Shown here in pieces: positions 1-13,222 of a DNA stretch of 64,000 nt. The notes under the pieces are model-generated. The model saw only the letters and a list, made by a program, of their open reading frames with translations. It was not told where the DNA came from and ran no database searches. The DNA is from Eledone cirrhosa (lineage: Eukaryota), in the NCBI GenBank assembly GCA_964016885.1, contig OZ024742.1, forward strand, positions 225,494,001 through 225,558,000, written 5' to 3'. Each line of letters starts with the position of its first letter. The first letter of the stretch is position 1. The position numbers and the translations under genes were made by a program.

Positions 1-2205
1 GGCCTCTTGGCGGACGTCTACTGCAACTGGCAACAGAACGGCAGAATTCCCAGTTCTGTGAGCCGAGGAGCGGTGGCACTGCTGAGAAAGGATCCGAACA
101 AGGGGGATAACATAGATAATTTCAGGCCCATAACTCTGCTAAACACAGACTTCAAGATTTTGGCCAAGGTGCTAGCAAAGAGGTTGGCGCTTGTCGTTGG
201 TGGTCTGGTGGGAGAGGCGCAGACATGCACCATTCCCGACAGATCCATCCACGACAACCTCCACCTCATGCGATACATCGTAGAGAGGGTAGCTAGGGAA
301 CCTGGCACGGGTGGGTCCTTGATCAATTTAGATCAGTTGAAAGCTTTCGATAGGGTCGACCATCGTTACCTAGCGACAGTCCTGAGGGCGGCTGGCTTTG
401 GGCCCGTCTTCAGAGGCTGGATCGCTGCCATGCACAGCGACATCTGCTCTGTGGTGAGAGTGAACGGTCACCTTTCGGAACCATTCAACATCATGCGCTC
501 GGTCCGCCAAGGATGTCCCCTCTCGTCCCTCTTGTACATATTGACTCTCGAGCCATTACTGCACAAACTGGAGACGTTGAGGGGCGTCCCGCGCTAACTA
601 GGATGTGGAAGATCCGTGTCAGCATATGCGGACGATGTCACCGTAGTGGTGTCGAATGCCAAACACATCGAGGCGATCGGCACTACACTAAGAGAATACG
701 AAGCGGTGACAGGAGCAATGATCAACCAGGAAAAGTCAGTGGGCCTGCAGCTCGGCACCTGGAGAGGCAGGTCCATGCCGTCCAACAGCGTCGTCGGATG
801 CTGGACGGACGGACTGGTTAAATTGCTAGGGGGTCTGGTTTGGTCCAGACCTCCAGACGGACAAAAACTGGGACGAGGTGACGAGCAGGGTGGCTTCTCT
901 CACCCAGAAATGGGCGGAGAGGAAGCTATCCCTGAAAAGTCGAGCGGAGGTGGCTAACACATACATCGCGTCCGTCATCTACTACCGCCTGACCGTCGTA
1001 CCTTGTCCTAAGCCCTGCCTGACTGTGCTGGAGCGTTTGCTCTTTCGCTTTTTGTGGAAGTGACGCGCTCCGATGGTCAGGCGGTCCATCTGCTGTCAAC
1101 ACCCGCTACATGGAGGGCTGCGACATCTCCACCTCTTCCTCGACGGTGATCAGGTGTGGTCGGCGTTTGCTAGAAAAGTATTTCCCCAGCTCGTTTCCTT
1201 GACGGAGCTGCAGTCCTGGGTCAAGCGAAGACCAAGAGGGAGCGCTTGGAGACTGGAATGTCTTCAGGCGCTCACAGCCCTCGACCAATTGGGCAATGTG
1301 ATCGGTGGAAACTCCACCTCGGCGTTCTATAGAGGATTAGTGGAGGGGAAGAGCGACGAAGTACTTGGGGAAACTCTAGGCGTCAACGAAAATCAACTAG
1401 CCAATCTCTTCGGTAGAACTTTCGGGCCGGGACCCATGGACAATTTCCAGAAATCTCTGGCCTGGCAGTGCTACCGAGGAGCCTTGCCAGTTCGGAATAA
1501 ACTCTACAGGCATGGAGGTGCTGTCAGCCGGGCATGTCCGAGATGAGCGCATGGCGACGAAACCGTCCTGCACGCACTCGTCCAGTGTCCGAAAATTGCT
1601 GACTTGTGGGTTTATGTCGAACACCTGCTGTTGCGTGTAGGATGGATCCGGCTATCATCTGAGTCCATCGTGAGGATTGCCCCGCCCCGCCCTCTTCCTT
1701 TAGCCGGGAAGGGCAGGCAGTTTTTATCTGTCTGGTGGCCATGGCGAAAGAGATAGTATGGTGGACACGTTTGAAAGGGCTGAAGATGAGCACTTACCTC
1801 TTCGGTGATGCCCTGATTGACTTTTTCAAATTTCATTTGAAAAGGAAAATCAGAGTAGAGAGGGAAGTGCTCTCTTCCCAGCATTTTGTTGAAAGATGGG
1901 TGAGAGAAGCAAGAATGGCCCGAGTGAATGGGCCTACTCTGAGTACGTATCTGTAAATTAAAGGTGGAAAACTGGGAGAGGGCACTTGCCTTGGTGGTCA
2001 GGGTCACTGTGGCCTTTTACTGGGTTTTTTCCACAAATGTCCCTCCGAAGTCTCCCCCCTATTGGGGAATTTTTCATTGTTATTTTTTTGTTACATACTC
2101 TGTTTTTGTTTTTACATGCAGAAATGCCCATTTGTACCGTCCTGTATTGTCCTGCACTGTCCTTAATGTCTACTTTATGTAAACCCTTGTGGTTAATAAA
2201 GAAAT
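1..2205 (+). mobile_element. L1/Tx1-clade LINE, 3' part of ORF2, disrupted
   Basis: RT motifs FRPITLLNTDFKIL, DQLKAFDRV, RQGCPLS, YADD; C-terminal LPVR..CPR..ETVLHALVQC zinc motif; in-frame stops at 595, 1061, 1544 and frameshifts; AATAAA ~2195 then (ATT)n. Confidence 0.9.
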
Positions 2206-2406
2206 CATTATTAATATTATTATTATTATAATATCATTATTATTATTATTACCATATTTCTAATGAAAAATGCTATAAAATAATCAAGAATTTGGAAGGA
2301 TTTAATGAAGTAGCTAACTTTCTTTCTCAATTTTTGTAATCTAACTTAGCAAGCATATACATGTGTGTGTGTATGGAGGGAGGATATCAGGTGTAGTGTT
2401 GGAGAA

Positions 2407-4400
2407 TTACAGGAAGCATGGAGGTTTTAAAGGATGCAATGTCTCGGCCAAGACACCCTCGGCCTTCTTGACAATTTTAGAGATGTGCTTTGTCCAATGC
2501 AAATCGCTTCTGACAGTAATCCCCAGGTCATGTTCACAAGAAGACTTCTTGATATTAGCGTTGAGGAGGGAGTATGTGGATGCTGGGTTTTTCTTCCCAA
2601 AATGCATGGTGGTACACTTGTCCACAGCCAGCTTGATTTGCCAGTCCGTGACCCATTGCTGCATTGTGTCCCAGTCTGATTGCAGGAAAGATCTATAGTG
2701 TTCAGGATCTGTCATTTTTATCTCAAGGTACAGCTTGATGTCATCTGCATATTTCAGTACTGTGGCATTCTTTAAGTTGACATCTAAATCATTAATATAT
2801 GCCACAAACAAAGGGGGCCAAGAACAGATCCCTGTGGTACACCAGATGACATCTCATACAATGAGGAATGCTGTCCTAGAACCGTGACTACCTCTTTTTG
2901 ACTGAGAATGAAGGACTTCAACCAGTTAAAAGATCATCCTTCACACCCATTGCAGAAAGTTTTGCCATAAGTCTTTTGTGTGGCACGAATTAAAAGCTTT
3001 AGTAAAGTCAGTGTAAACAACATCCACCCATGAGCTGCCATCAGTGATCCGGGTGATGTCTTTCAAGAAACTCGATAAGTTGATCACAGCAACTGGAATT
3101 AAGGATAAATCCAAATTGCGAGGGCCGGATAAGACTGTGAGAATTCCAGAAGTTCCAAAGTGTTTCTCTGACACAGGATTCCATCAGTTTGGCAATGCAG
3201 CTAGTAAGACCGACTGGACGATAGTTGACAAGCGACATGCGGTCACCCTTTTTGAACAGAGGAATGACACTGGCAGTTTTCCACTGCTCCGGAGTAGCAT
3301 CGTTGTTAAGACAGAATTGAAAGAAGAGCGAAAGCTGGTGCAGAAGGAAGTACCCAACACGTTTGAGAAGCAGGTTTGTAACATCAAGACAAGGAGAGGC
3401 ATGGTTGCATTTATTCTTACGGTGACGTCACAGCATTGCAGGTGTAAATTCCATAGTTGTTATAGAATTTGATGTCTGAGGTGGTGGAAATGGTACATTC
3501 TGGTTTTCAACAGTGAAAATGCCTGCATAGCATTCAGCAATGAGTTCTGCGCATTCTTTGGGGTCATAAGTAATCTGGCTTGAGTGGGGATTGCAAAGAG
3601 GACCAGCTGGAGAGTTTTGTCTCTGCTTTGAATGTACATATTTCCAGATCACCTTACTGTCAGGGTTGGTTGCTATGTGCTGTTCAAGTTCAAGCACTAC
3701 ATTTTTGTCACCCGCTTGAGATGGTTGGACGATTTATTTCGCTTTTTTCTATTTATGCAGTTTGTATTCACGTTCAGCATTACAACGTTCTTTCCTGGCA
3801 AGTCGAACCACTGCAGTCTACCAAATTGCACTTTTGGGATGCTTTTTTCTGCTTACATGGCACTGATGCTGCACCTGCTCTCCATATTTAGTTTAGGATA
3901 TTCTGAAGTATGGTGTTCACATCTCCAGAGTCGTAAAATTCAAGCCCATGTTGCAGCTTGGTGCAGTAATAGTTCCAGTCTGCTTTATTCTTGTCAAAAT
4001 GAGCAGTTTGGAGATGATTTTGGTTTTTGTTACTGCCCATAAGAGACAGATTAGCAATGATCATAGCATGATCAGAGTCACCTAAAGGTTTCTCAGTAGA
4101 AACACTAATGACCGTTTCAGGAGTAGTGGTAAAGAGTAGATCCAAAGTGTTGTCGCCTCTTGTTGGGGAGGTAACTACTTGGGACCAATTCGAGTCCAGC
4201 ACTAGCTCAAAGAAATCATTTGCACTTTGCAGCCAATGAAAGGTTTCGCAATCAATTTCAGGGTGAAATCCCCTGCAATAAAAACATAAGTGGCTGTTTT
4301 CCTGGCAGCAGCTCTGAGGATATCACAAAGCTGTGTGTCCTGATGGTAATTTGGGGGCAGTAAACAACTCCAAATAGAAGTGTTGACATGGTCATACGTA
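2407..4400 (-). mobile_element. CR1-type LINE fragment (endonuclease + RT), decayed
   Basis: IAGDF, TRGDNTLDLLFT (APE), NYRPVGLTS, DFTKAFNS, YINDL, YADDIKLY, DLGITV. Confidence 0.88.
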
Positions 4401-4696
4401 TTTTGCAAAAAAATACTTATTGTTGTGATTGGTTCAAATCAATGCAAGGAATTGCTGAAACGTTTGAATGAACGCAGACCATCACACCACCACCACCACT
4501 ATTAATGTGGTCTTTGTGAAACAAGTTGTAGCCAGCTATGCTGAAAACCCCATCACAGAGTAAGGAATGTGCCCATGTTTCCATGACAGTAATGAAATCA
4601 GGGTCAATACTTTTGACATAAGAATCAAAAAGATGAAATGGTTAATCCTTCATTTAAAAGTATGTATCATTTATAAAGATTTGACTTCAATTTTGA

Positions 4697-5458
4697 ATGT
4701 GTTATTGTTTATTTTTTTCAGTAATGGTTTTAACATATATCAACCCAGCACAAGAAAAATGTTGTACTTCAATCTGTCGAGTAATGTTAGCAGGGCCAAA
4801 TATACCTGTGTTGTATATTGCATGGGCAATGTATTCCTTGGTGCTTTTTCTAAAAATATTATATTGCTCAGAAAAAATTGTTCCCAAATTAGATGCTCAG
4901 AGTGATTGGGGAGCAAATAATTTTAAATTTACCCTTGCCCTCACAGCCCCACTCTTTTTACTTTATTTACTGTCTCAGGGGAGTGCAATTTCAAACAGTG
5001 AACATAGGAGATATATTGATAAATTGGCATCAGGTGTAACCTTTGATATTTTTGATACAGTTAACATTTTGGACATCCTTTTTGTTCAACAAACCAGAGT
5101 CCACCTGCCATTTTCAATGTTTATAACTATCTTAGGGATCGCTTTGATAAATATCCTTATGCCTTTAATCCCACTGTTTCTTATTAATTTAACATATTAT
5201 GGTGAGAATAAATTAAGTGACACTGTTTTAAATATATACCGTATATCAATGATATTGGTTATTAATCTGCCATATTTGGCTATTCGTATCCAATTGATAC
5301 ATTTCTATGGACATAATACATATATATTCCTTATGAAAAATATCCTCTCAATTTTTGTTGTTTTTTATAGTATTTATGAGCAAAGATTACAAATAAATAC
5401 TACGACAGCTGACTTAGAAATTGCTGCTGAAGTTGTTGTTGAAGAACAGGCACAATGA
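4697..5458 (+). CDS. Multi-pass membrane protein, TMEM121/CECR6 (TMEM121B)-like; 5' end uncertain (possible splice acceptor at 4720-4721)
   Basis: Uninterrupted 253-aa hydrophobic ORF with motifs AWAMYS, GANNFKFTLAL, FDIFDTVNILDILF, NLPYLAIR, IFLMKN that I recognise as typical of this family. Confidence 0.72.
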   Translation: MCYCLFFSVMVLTYINPAQEKCCTSICRVMLAGPNIPVLYIAWAMYSLVLFLKILYCSEKIVPKLDAQSDWGANNFKFTLALTAPLFLLYLLSQGSAISNSEHRRYIDKLASGVTFDIFDTVNILDILFVQQTRVHLPFSMFITILGIALINILMPLIPLFLINLTYYGENKLSDTVLNIYRISMILVINLPYLAIRIQLIHFYGHNTYIFLMKNILSIFVVFYSIYEQRLQINTTTADLEIAAEVVVEEQAQ

Positions 5459-6509
5459 CTGGAAATTTAAGAGGTTTAACAAATTTTAGGGGAAAGATGA
5501 CAGAAGTTTGAAAGAAATTGTCCTGCTGAGCATCAATTAGAGGCAGTGTTTGCCTTGGTATCAACCAGGAGGTAATCCCCAATTTAACCCATTTGATACT
5601 AAACTACTTGAAACTGCTCCTGGTTCAATGATGCAAAGAGATTTGTTATCAAATGTTTATAAAAACTTTCCATTGTAATTTTAAGTAAGAACCTTTGTTA
5701 AGCTGTTCCAAATACCCAACTTAATAATGATAAAGTTTGTTATTTTATTAAAAAAATTTTAAATTCTTGATTATTTTAAAAATTATTTTAAAATCATATG
5801 CAGTGACTTTCATTAGAAATATAGTAATGAAAAGGTTAATTCAACAAAAAGGAAATATTTAAGGAAGAGGCAAAATAGAACATACACTAAACTACTGATT
5901 TTAATTTTACTAACACTGGCATAGTATGGAACAGGATCTTAGTAGTTATTTTATGTAATTTTTCAAGTAGTGAAAAAAATCATCACGAATGTGTCATCAC
6001 AGCTACTATCATCCCAGGGCCACATCTTGTATTCTGGTTTTGGCAGCTTCATGTCCTTCCTATCAACAGCCACCTTACATAGTGTACTAGGTGCATTTTA
6101 TTGTGGTACCAATTTGTCATTTCTTTGGCTGGAAGTCCTTCCTAACACCAACCACAATACTGAGTTTACTGGGAGCATTTTATTGTGACACGAGTACAAG
6201 GGAGGTTATCAGGTTCTTGACACAACTGACAAGTCCTTTCTACCCATTGCTATTGTTACTGGTTGAGTGTACTGGCATTTTATAGTAACACCAACACTGG
6301 TGGAGGGGATGGGGGTACTAAAATTCTTTTGTTCTTTCACTCTAGCTATGCTGGAGAACAACCTTAATTTAGTCAATCATATCAAACCTCATGGTACTTA
6401 TTTTATTGATTTCTTTTTTGATGAACTACTAAATTGAAAGATATAAACATAAACATATAAACAAGACATATAATATATATATATATACATGCATACATAT
6501 ACACACATA

Positions 6510-7960
6510 CACGACAGAGTCCCCCATACCATAATCTGGTGGGCTCTAAGAAAACTAGAAATAGATGAGTGGCTTTTGAAGGCTGTACAAGCCATGTACA
6601 GAAGAGCAGTCAGCAAAGTTAGGATTAACAATGACTACAGTGAAGAATTTAACATGCAGGTGGGTGTCCACCAGGGCTCTTCTGAGTCACTCCTGTTTAT
6701 CATTTTCCTGCAGACTATAACAAAGGAGTTTAAGACTAGCTGTTCATGGGAACTCTGTATGCAGATGATCTAACATTTATAGCTGAATCTATGGCAGAAT
6801 TAGAGAAGAAATTCCAAATCTGAAAGCATGGCATAGAATCAAAGGGTCTTAAAGTTAACCCAACAAAGACTACGGTCCTAGTAAGTAGAAGGGAAAACAG
6901 GGCCATGATCCCCTCAGGGAAATGACCTTGCTCAGTGTGCAGGAAAGGCGTATGTAGAAATTCCATCCTCTGTCCCAAATGCAAACTATGGGTACACGAG
7001 AGATGTAGTAGGATCCCAGGTAGGTTAGCTAAGAATGTAGGTTTTACATGTAGCTGTTACACAGGTGCAGTGAGCAGCAAACACTCGCAGGAAACAAGCT
7101 CTATCAAATTCTTGGAAGGTTCCATAGCAGTAGACAGATTCTACTATCTAGATGACCAAATCAGCAGTGGAGGTGGGTATTCCAAAAGTACAGTATCCAG
7201 AGTGATAACAGAGTGGACAAAGTTCAGGGAGTTACTAAAGGTTTTTCCATCAAAACGAAGAGTAGATTGTATAATGCACATATACGAACAGCAATGTTGC
7301 ATAGTAGCAATGCCTGGGCACTGTGTGCAGAGGACCTGCGAAAATTGGAAAGAAATGAAGTTTGTATGCTTCGATGGATGTGTAATAATATAAATGAACA
7401 GCAACGCATAAAAGAACTGAGAAAGAAACTGGGCATAAGAGGGATCAGATGCAATGTGCAAGAGGAGATTGTGTTGATATGGATATGTGATGCATAGGAA
7501 GATGACAGCTGTATAAAAATATAGAGCACTCAAAGTTGATGAGTAAGACTTGGGATGAGGTGATAAAAGCTGACCTCACAAAGGCGATGACACAGGACTG
7601 AGATCTCTGACATTATGCAATAATACAGAAGGCCCACTTTCCCCTCCCTTGTCCTAGCATCTCGCCCTCACCCCGAGATTTATCTCCCTAATCCCTAACC
7701 CACACTGTAAAGTGGTCGTGTTGGTGTCCTGACAAAAAGTGCTCAGCCCACACTAAAGTGGTCGTGTAGGTGTTACAACAAAAAGCACCCAGTATACACT
7801 GTAAATGTGATTGGCATTAGGAAGGGCATCCAGTCATAGTAACCAAGCCTGAACCAGTTCTGTATGAGTAAGACATGGTCACTGTTTCTGACTTGTCACA
7901 CATCAAGACAACTCATCTAACCCATGCTTGCATGGAAAATAGACATTAAATGGCGATATA
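6510..7960 (+). mobile_element. Decayed RTE LINE 3' fragment with tail
   Basis: IIWWALRKLEIDEWL, VGVHQGS, CRKGVCRNSILCPKCKLWVH; homologous to the 55.7-59.2 kb element. Confidence 0.85.
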
Positions 7961-8353
7961 TATTAAATTAGTTATATTACTAAACCTAATTTTATCAAGA
8001 TTTTTGGAACATAACTTAGGTTCTTACATAAAATTATAATAGATGGGTTTTAAATAATAAACACTTTAATCCGTTTGTTACCATATTTCGAATGAAAGAC
8101 ACTGCTCATGATTTCTAAAATGAAGAATTTGGAGGAATTTAGTAATATAACTTTTATTATTAAGCTGATGTTTAAGGGCAGTGGATTGGCAGAGCTTTGC
8201 AGCATAAAGTTAGTTACGGCCCTTTGTGATCCGAGTTCAACTTTGCCTTTCATCCTTACGGGGGTTGATAAAATAAAGCACCAGTAACATACTGGAGGGT
8301 GATGGGTGGGGGTCGATTTAAGAAAATGAAAACATTTGGCTGACTTAAAAAGC

Positions 8354-8390
<37 letters not shown>

Positions 8391-9666
8391 AATGCACCAT
8401 GAGGAAATATCTTGAGAAAAATGTTTTGTGTTTTAATAGTTGTTCAATCGAAGCGAAATTAATGTGCAAATGGCTGATCATTCTACAGACATGCTGCCTT
8501 TATGTAATTCAGAGGTAAGGGAAATTTAGCATGACAATGTTGGTCCTTTGACTTATGGGTGCAACTTATTTTTGCAAGCTGGGTAAAATAGAGCTATGTG
8601 AAAAAGGTGGTTTGCATTGCTGGGAATCAAACTGACAACCTTATGATTGAGTCACAGACTAACCAGAAATATGGTCACTGAAGGGTTAATAAAAACAAAA
8701 CAAAAATAAGTTTATCCACATGAATTTTATTTGCCCATGTTTAAAAGATTAGCATTTTCACATAATTATATTCATGCATACATACAATTAAATGTACACA
8801 AATATGTCGGGTAACCAGGCTATGTATAATAATAATAAGTTTCTAATTTAAGCACATGGCCAGCATATTTTGGTGGGAATGGAGAAAGTTGTTTAAAATC
8901 AATCCAATACATGGCTGATATTTTATTTCATCGATCCCCCTGCCTTTACTCCAACAGAAGGATCAAAGGCAAAGTTCACCGCAGTAGGATTTGAATTTGA
9001 AGAGCTTGAACAAAATGCCTCAAGTCATCTTGCTCAACACCCCTAACAATTCGTCCAATCCACTACCCTTAATATAAACTTGTTTTATATCTTAGGTAGA
9101 ATGAGGTGAAATTTATTTGAGAGAGAGGTAAAAAGGGGAAAAGAAAAAAAAAAAAAAAAAAAAATCCAAGTCAACTTATTGTGTTGATCTTTCACACAAA
9201 TTGTTTTCATTGCCAAGACCTATCTGTATGCATGTCTATATGATGGCATAATGTATTTATAATTGGCTTGACTAGCTTAATATGTAACACCAAAATAAAA
9301 TTAAAAGGAAGTAATAGAGTTAATAAAAAGACTTAAAATCCCCAAAAGTAAAAGAGCTGATTGTGTAAGATTGGGCCATGGAAACAATGCATGCATTGGT
9401 CTTTTCATTGCTGACACCGTCTGCTGGCCGCAACCATTGGTAAATGAGATTTGAAACAGAGCACAGAAAGCCAGAAACATTCAACCTCTAACATGTCAAT
9501 TCTCCACCTCAAATTTAAAAAAAATAATTAAAAGGAAGATATTCAGGAGTGGAGTGGGGATATCCTTTGCTATAATTTATATTAAGAAATGAGAAAATTT
9601 CACACTAGTAATCTAAACATGGACTGGGCAATAAAACAGTTGTAATATATCAATAGACAATACATA

Positions 9667-10086
9667 TACCATCTATACTCCTGTAAAAGTCAACCCCGAA
9701 TTTGTCAAAAAATTTGGATTCTCCCATGCATCTCATGGGTTCTTTATGGACAACAGATCAACCTTTGTGAATCAAGTTATCCTGAACATAAATGTTATGA
9801 TGAAGAAATTAATTTTACTAGGCTATCATGTTCTGATGTACGCAAGTGGAAATATTTATAAGAGAGCTATGCAGCCGTATTTCTGTGTAGGAACTTTGCC
9901 TTGATGAATAGAAACATTGGTACCATTACTATAATGTTTTTGCTTTATTATTCTTTTAGAGTCCATTTGGGCTGATTCAGCATTATGGATGATAGTGTAA
10001 ATTTCAGCCCCTCAAAAGTAGTATCCATGAATTTAACCTTAAAAAATAGTCTAAAAAATTCGACTTTTACATGAGTATATATGGTA
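9667..10086. mobile_element. pogo/Tigger-like non-autonomous DNA element
   Basis: TIRs taccatctatactcctgtaaaagtcaa / tcgacttttacatgagtatatatggta with TA ends. Confidence 0.7.
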
Positions 10087-10977
10087 TTCAGAAGTAGAGA
10101 GTGCTCCTCTACAGATTGTTGGAAACAGTATTATTAAAATGTACATAACATTACTCTGGTCGTTAGTATGTGGATAGAGTGGGTTTATTGAGAGCGATGA
10201 TGGCACTTTGATAATAATCAAAAAGAAACACAGAACTAGCCAATGATCATTAGATTTGCTTTTATTTTATTTCATTTTTTTTTCGTTTTGTTGTTTTCAA
10301 ATTAAATTTTAAAACTTATACCATTGTTAGTTTTTTTTTTTTTTAATTTCACTGAAGCCTTTATTTTTTTAATAGTTTTTTTAATTTCCTAATTGTTATT
10401 TTATCTTTTTGGTCAATGAAAACATGACAATATCTAAAAGAAAAAATGGTGCATCAAGTTTTACAGATTTTTCAAGAAAAAAAAAAAAAAAAAAAATTAA
10501 AATATCAAATTTTAAAGTTACTCAAAGTTAATAAATTTTTCAGAAAAATGGCAAATAATAATAACACGTTAAATACCTAAAGAAAAAAAAACATTGAACA
10601 AGTTTTCAGAAGAAATAGAGACAAAGCTAAGATAGCAATAAAGGAGGAAATTTTTTTTATTTTTTTTGGGGTGGTGGGGGATGGGTGGGTATTACAATGA
10701 AAAGGAATTACTGGGAAATTAAATTGTGCAGAGAAGTCTATATTATTAATATTATTGTTATTATATTATTGTTATTACATTATCAACTGAGCACTTAATT
10801 CTTGGCTTCAAAATTATTGAAAGATACGCAAAATTTATGAAAGATACATAAAGAAGCCAATTGAAAGGTGTTTTTCAGAAGAACATAAGAAAATAATAAG
10901 AGAAATGTACATTTAAAATAAAATGGTTATAAAGAAATTAAAATTAATTTTTAATTGACAAGATGTGTTAATGGAAA

Positions 10978-11097
<120 letters not shown>

Positions 11098-11576
11098 CAA
11101 GAAAATTAAATTATAATCATAGAATATAGGATTACTGAAATAATATTTTAATTTTAATTTAATCACTGTAATATAGCTAAAGAGAAAGATTGTCCTCTGC
11201 TCTGCGAATTTTACAACTTATTAGAGAAAATAACAATGGAACAATTCTTTGGTGGGGTAGGAAGGGAGGGTCTCATGGCAGAATGAGCCTCAAAAAGCCT
11301 AAAAGTCATCTAGACATTTGATATATCTGTGACAAATGTGAACTACATAGATAGACCATCACAGAGAAAGACTAGTAGAGCTATCAGTATGAATAAGCAT
11401 GTCAAAAGCCTAATGATCCAAACTAGCTTTAAAGCTGCTGGGATGTACAGAGTGCTGCTCGCTGAGTTTTTAAAGCAGGGAAGAGAATTTTTGCAATCCA
11501 AAGCAGATGATGTTGGTGTTAAAAACATCTTGGCCTTCAGATGAGCAACATTAATCCATTTATGTCAGAGACAACC

Positions 11577-11717
11577 TCAGCAATTGTCTTCCAGGCCAGC
11601 ATGTGTGACTCTGGAAAAGTCAAAATCTTCTCCAGTAGCTCGTTTGAAAATATCCAAGACATCATTACAAGTAGTTTCAAAATGAGTGGTGGCATCATAG
11701 TTCTGGGAAATAAACAC
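11577..11717 (-). CDS. GDI: Rab GDI exon 11 (terminal)
   Basis: ttgcag|[46 protein letters not shown]; YDATTHFET motif; the 11 exons sum to 1332 nt in frame. Confidence 0.96.
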   Translation of the reverse strand: MFISQNYDATTHFETTCNDVLDIFKRATGEDFDFSRVTHAGLEDNC

Positions 11718-12160
11718 CTGCAAAATAGCAAAAAAGAAAAAAAAATATGAACTAACCCTGTCATTACTATATCTAATGAAAGACATTGCCGAAGATTTTT
11801 TGAAAATAAGAATTTGAAGGCATTTAGTAATATAAATTCCCTCATTATGCTGGTGTTTGGAACAAAGGTTCTAACATGAAATTATGGAAAAGTTTTTAGA
11901 TAAATACATTTAACAGTTTTGTATTGTAGAATTAGGGGCAATTTCAGGCAGTTTGGTATCAAAAGGGTTCATATATTTATAAATATTTTTGTAATTACTG
12001 TGGGTATCCAGTTAAGGATAGGTAACACACCATATCCCTGCATATGTAAATGGTGACTAAAAGGGCTGATGCAAGGAACATCTGGCTGTGAAACATCCTG
12101 ATGAGTATAAAACTTGACATGGGTCCTGCAAAAATTACCCCTATTGTTGAGAAAATGGCC

Positions 12161-13222
12161 TTAACCCTTTGCATCAAACTGGCCAAATCCAGCCAAAATT
12201 ATTTCCCTTATTTATTCAAGCTGGCTAAATCCAAATACTGACACCTACATGAAGATATCGTTCTAAAAATAAATAACATCAAAATCTTGATTCAAGATTA
12301 CTGCGAGATAAAGCTTTTACCGTGAAATACAATATCAGTGATTTGTCTTCAAATGAATCAGACGTATATATCTCTGAATTTTCTTCTGGTGATGATTGTT
12401 GTTTTGATAGTGAAAGTGAAGAAGATCTCCAGAACGCCATTGAAAATACTGCTCCACAACATACATTACCTCCCAATGCTAAAGCACTGGATTATTTGTT
12501 TTTGCCAGACTTTCTTCAAAGTTGTGGCAAAAGAGACAAATCAAAATGCCCAACAACAAATTCCAAATCATGGAAAACCCAATCTATTATGGCAACCGAC
12601 ATAATAGATGCTGCAGAAATCTGAGCATTTTTTCAACCAATATGATGTTTGGTATAATGCAATTTCCAAGACTGGAATTACAGGAGCGCTGATATAAGGT
12701 TTAGTAACCTTTATATATCAAGTATTATGTTGAAAACAAGGTATTTTAAATTAAATCAGTATTTGCACCTGGTCGATACTTCAAATGACCGTGGTAGAAA
12801 TGAATTGAAAATCTTTTTTTGAAAAAACTTTTTATAGAATGTACTGATTATATCTGCATTTTAATTAATTCACCTTTTCGTGAAAAGTAGTAAACTTGGA
12901 AGACAACACCTAGGTCATTGTTAGATAACTTTTGTAACAAACCTAAGAGGTAAGGCACAAAGTTCTAATGTTTATGTTTATCCATAAAGTCATTATTTTA
13001 CACCTGTTAATTTCATCTGCCCATAAAATTCAAATTTAACAAAAAAATATAATCAGGTAAAAATAGATAATTGTAAATCATTGATATTTAAACATCTGAC
13101 ACAGAAAATGAACAAAATGACAAACAAAACAATTGATAACCCTCTTGAGTATGATTAACTGAAAATAATGTAAATAGATAAACATAACATTTGACAGAGG
13201 AATGTAAATACTGAAAGGTTAA
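12161..13222 (+). mobile_element. Internally deleted piggyBac element with decayed transposase N-terminus
   Basis: TTAA-CCCTTT...GAAAGG-TTAA ends; acidic N-terminus then fragments PQHTLPPNAKALDYLF, VAKETNQNA, WQPT, YISSIMLKTRYFKLNQYLHLVD typical of PGBD transposases. Confidence 0.8.

Noticed and set aside
11560-11582. Selenocysteine or readthrough at the GDI TGA after the terminal Cys
   Set aside because: Protein length is already typical, another TGA follows after three codons, and no SECIS was recognised
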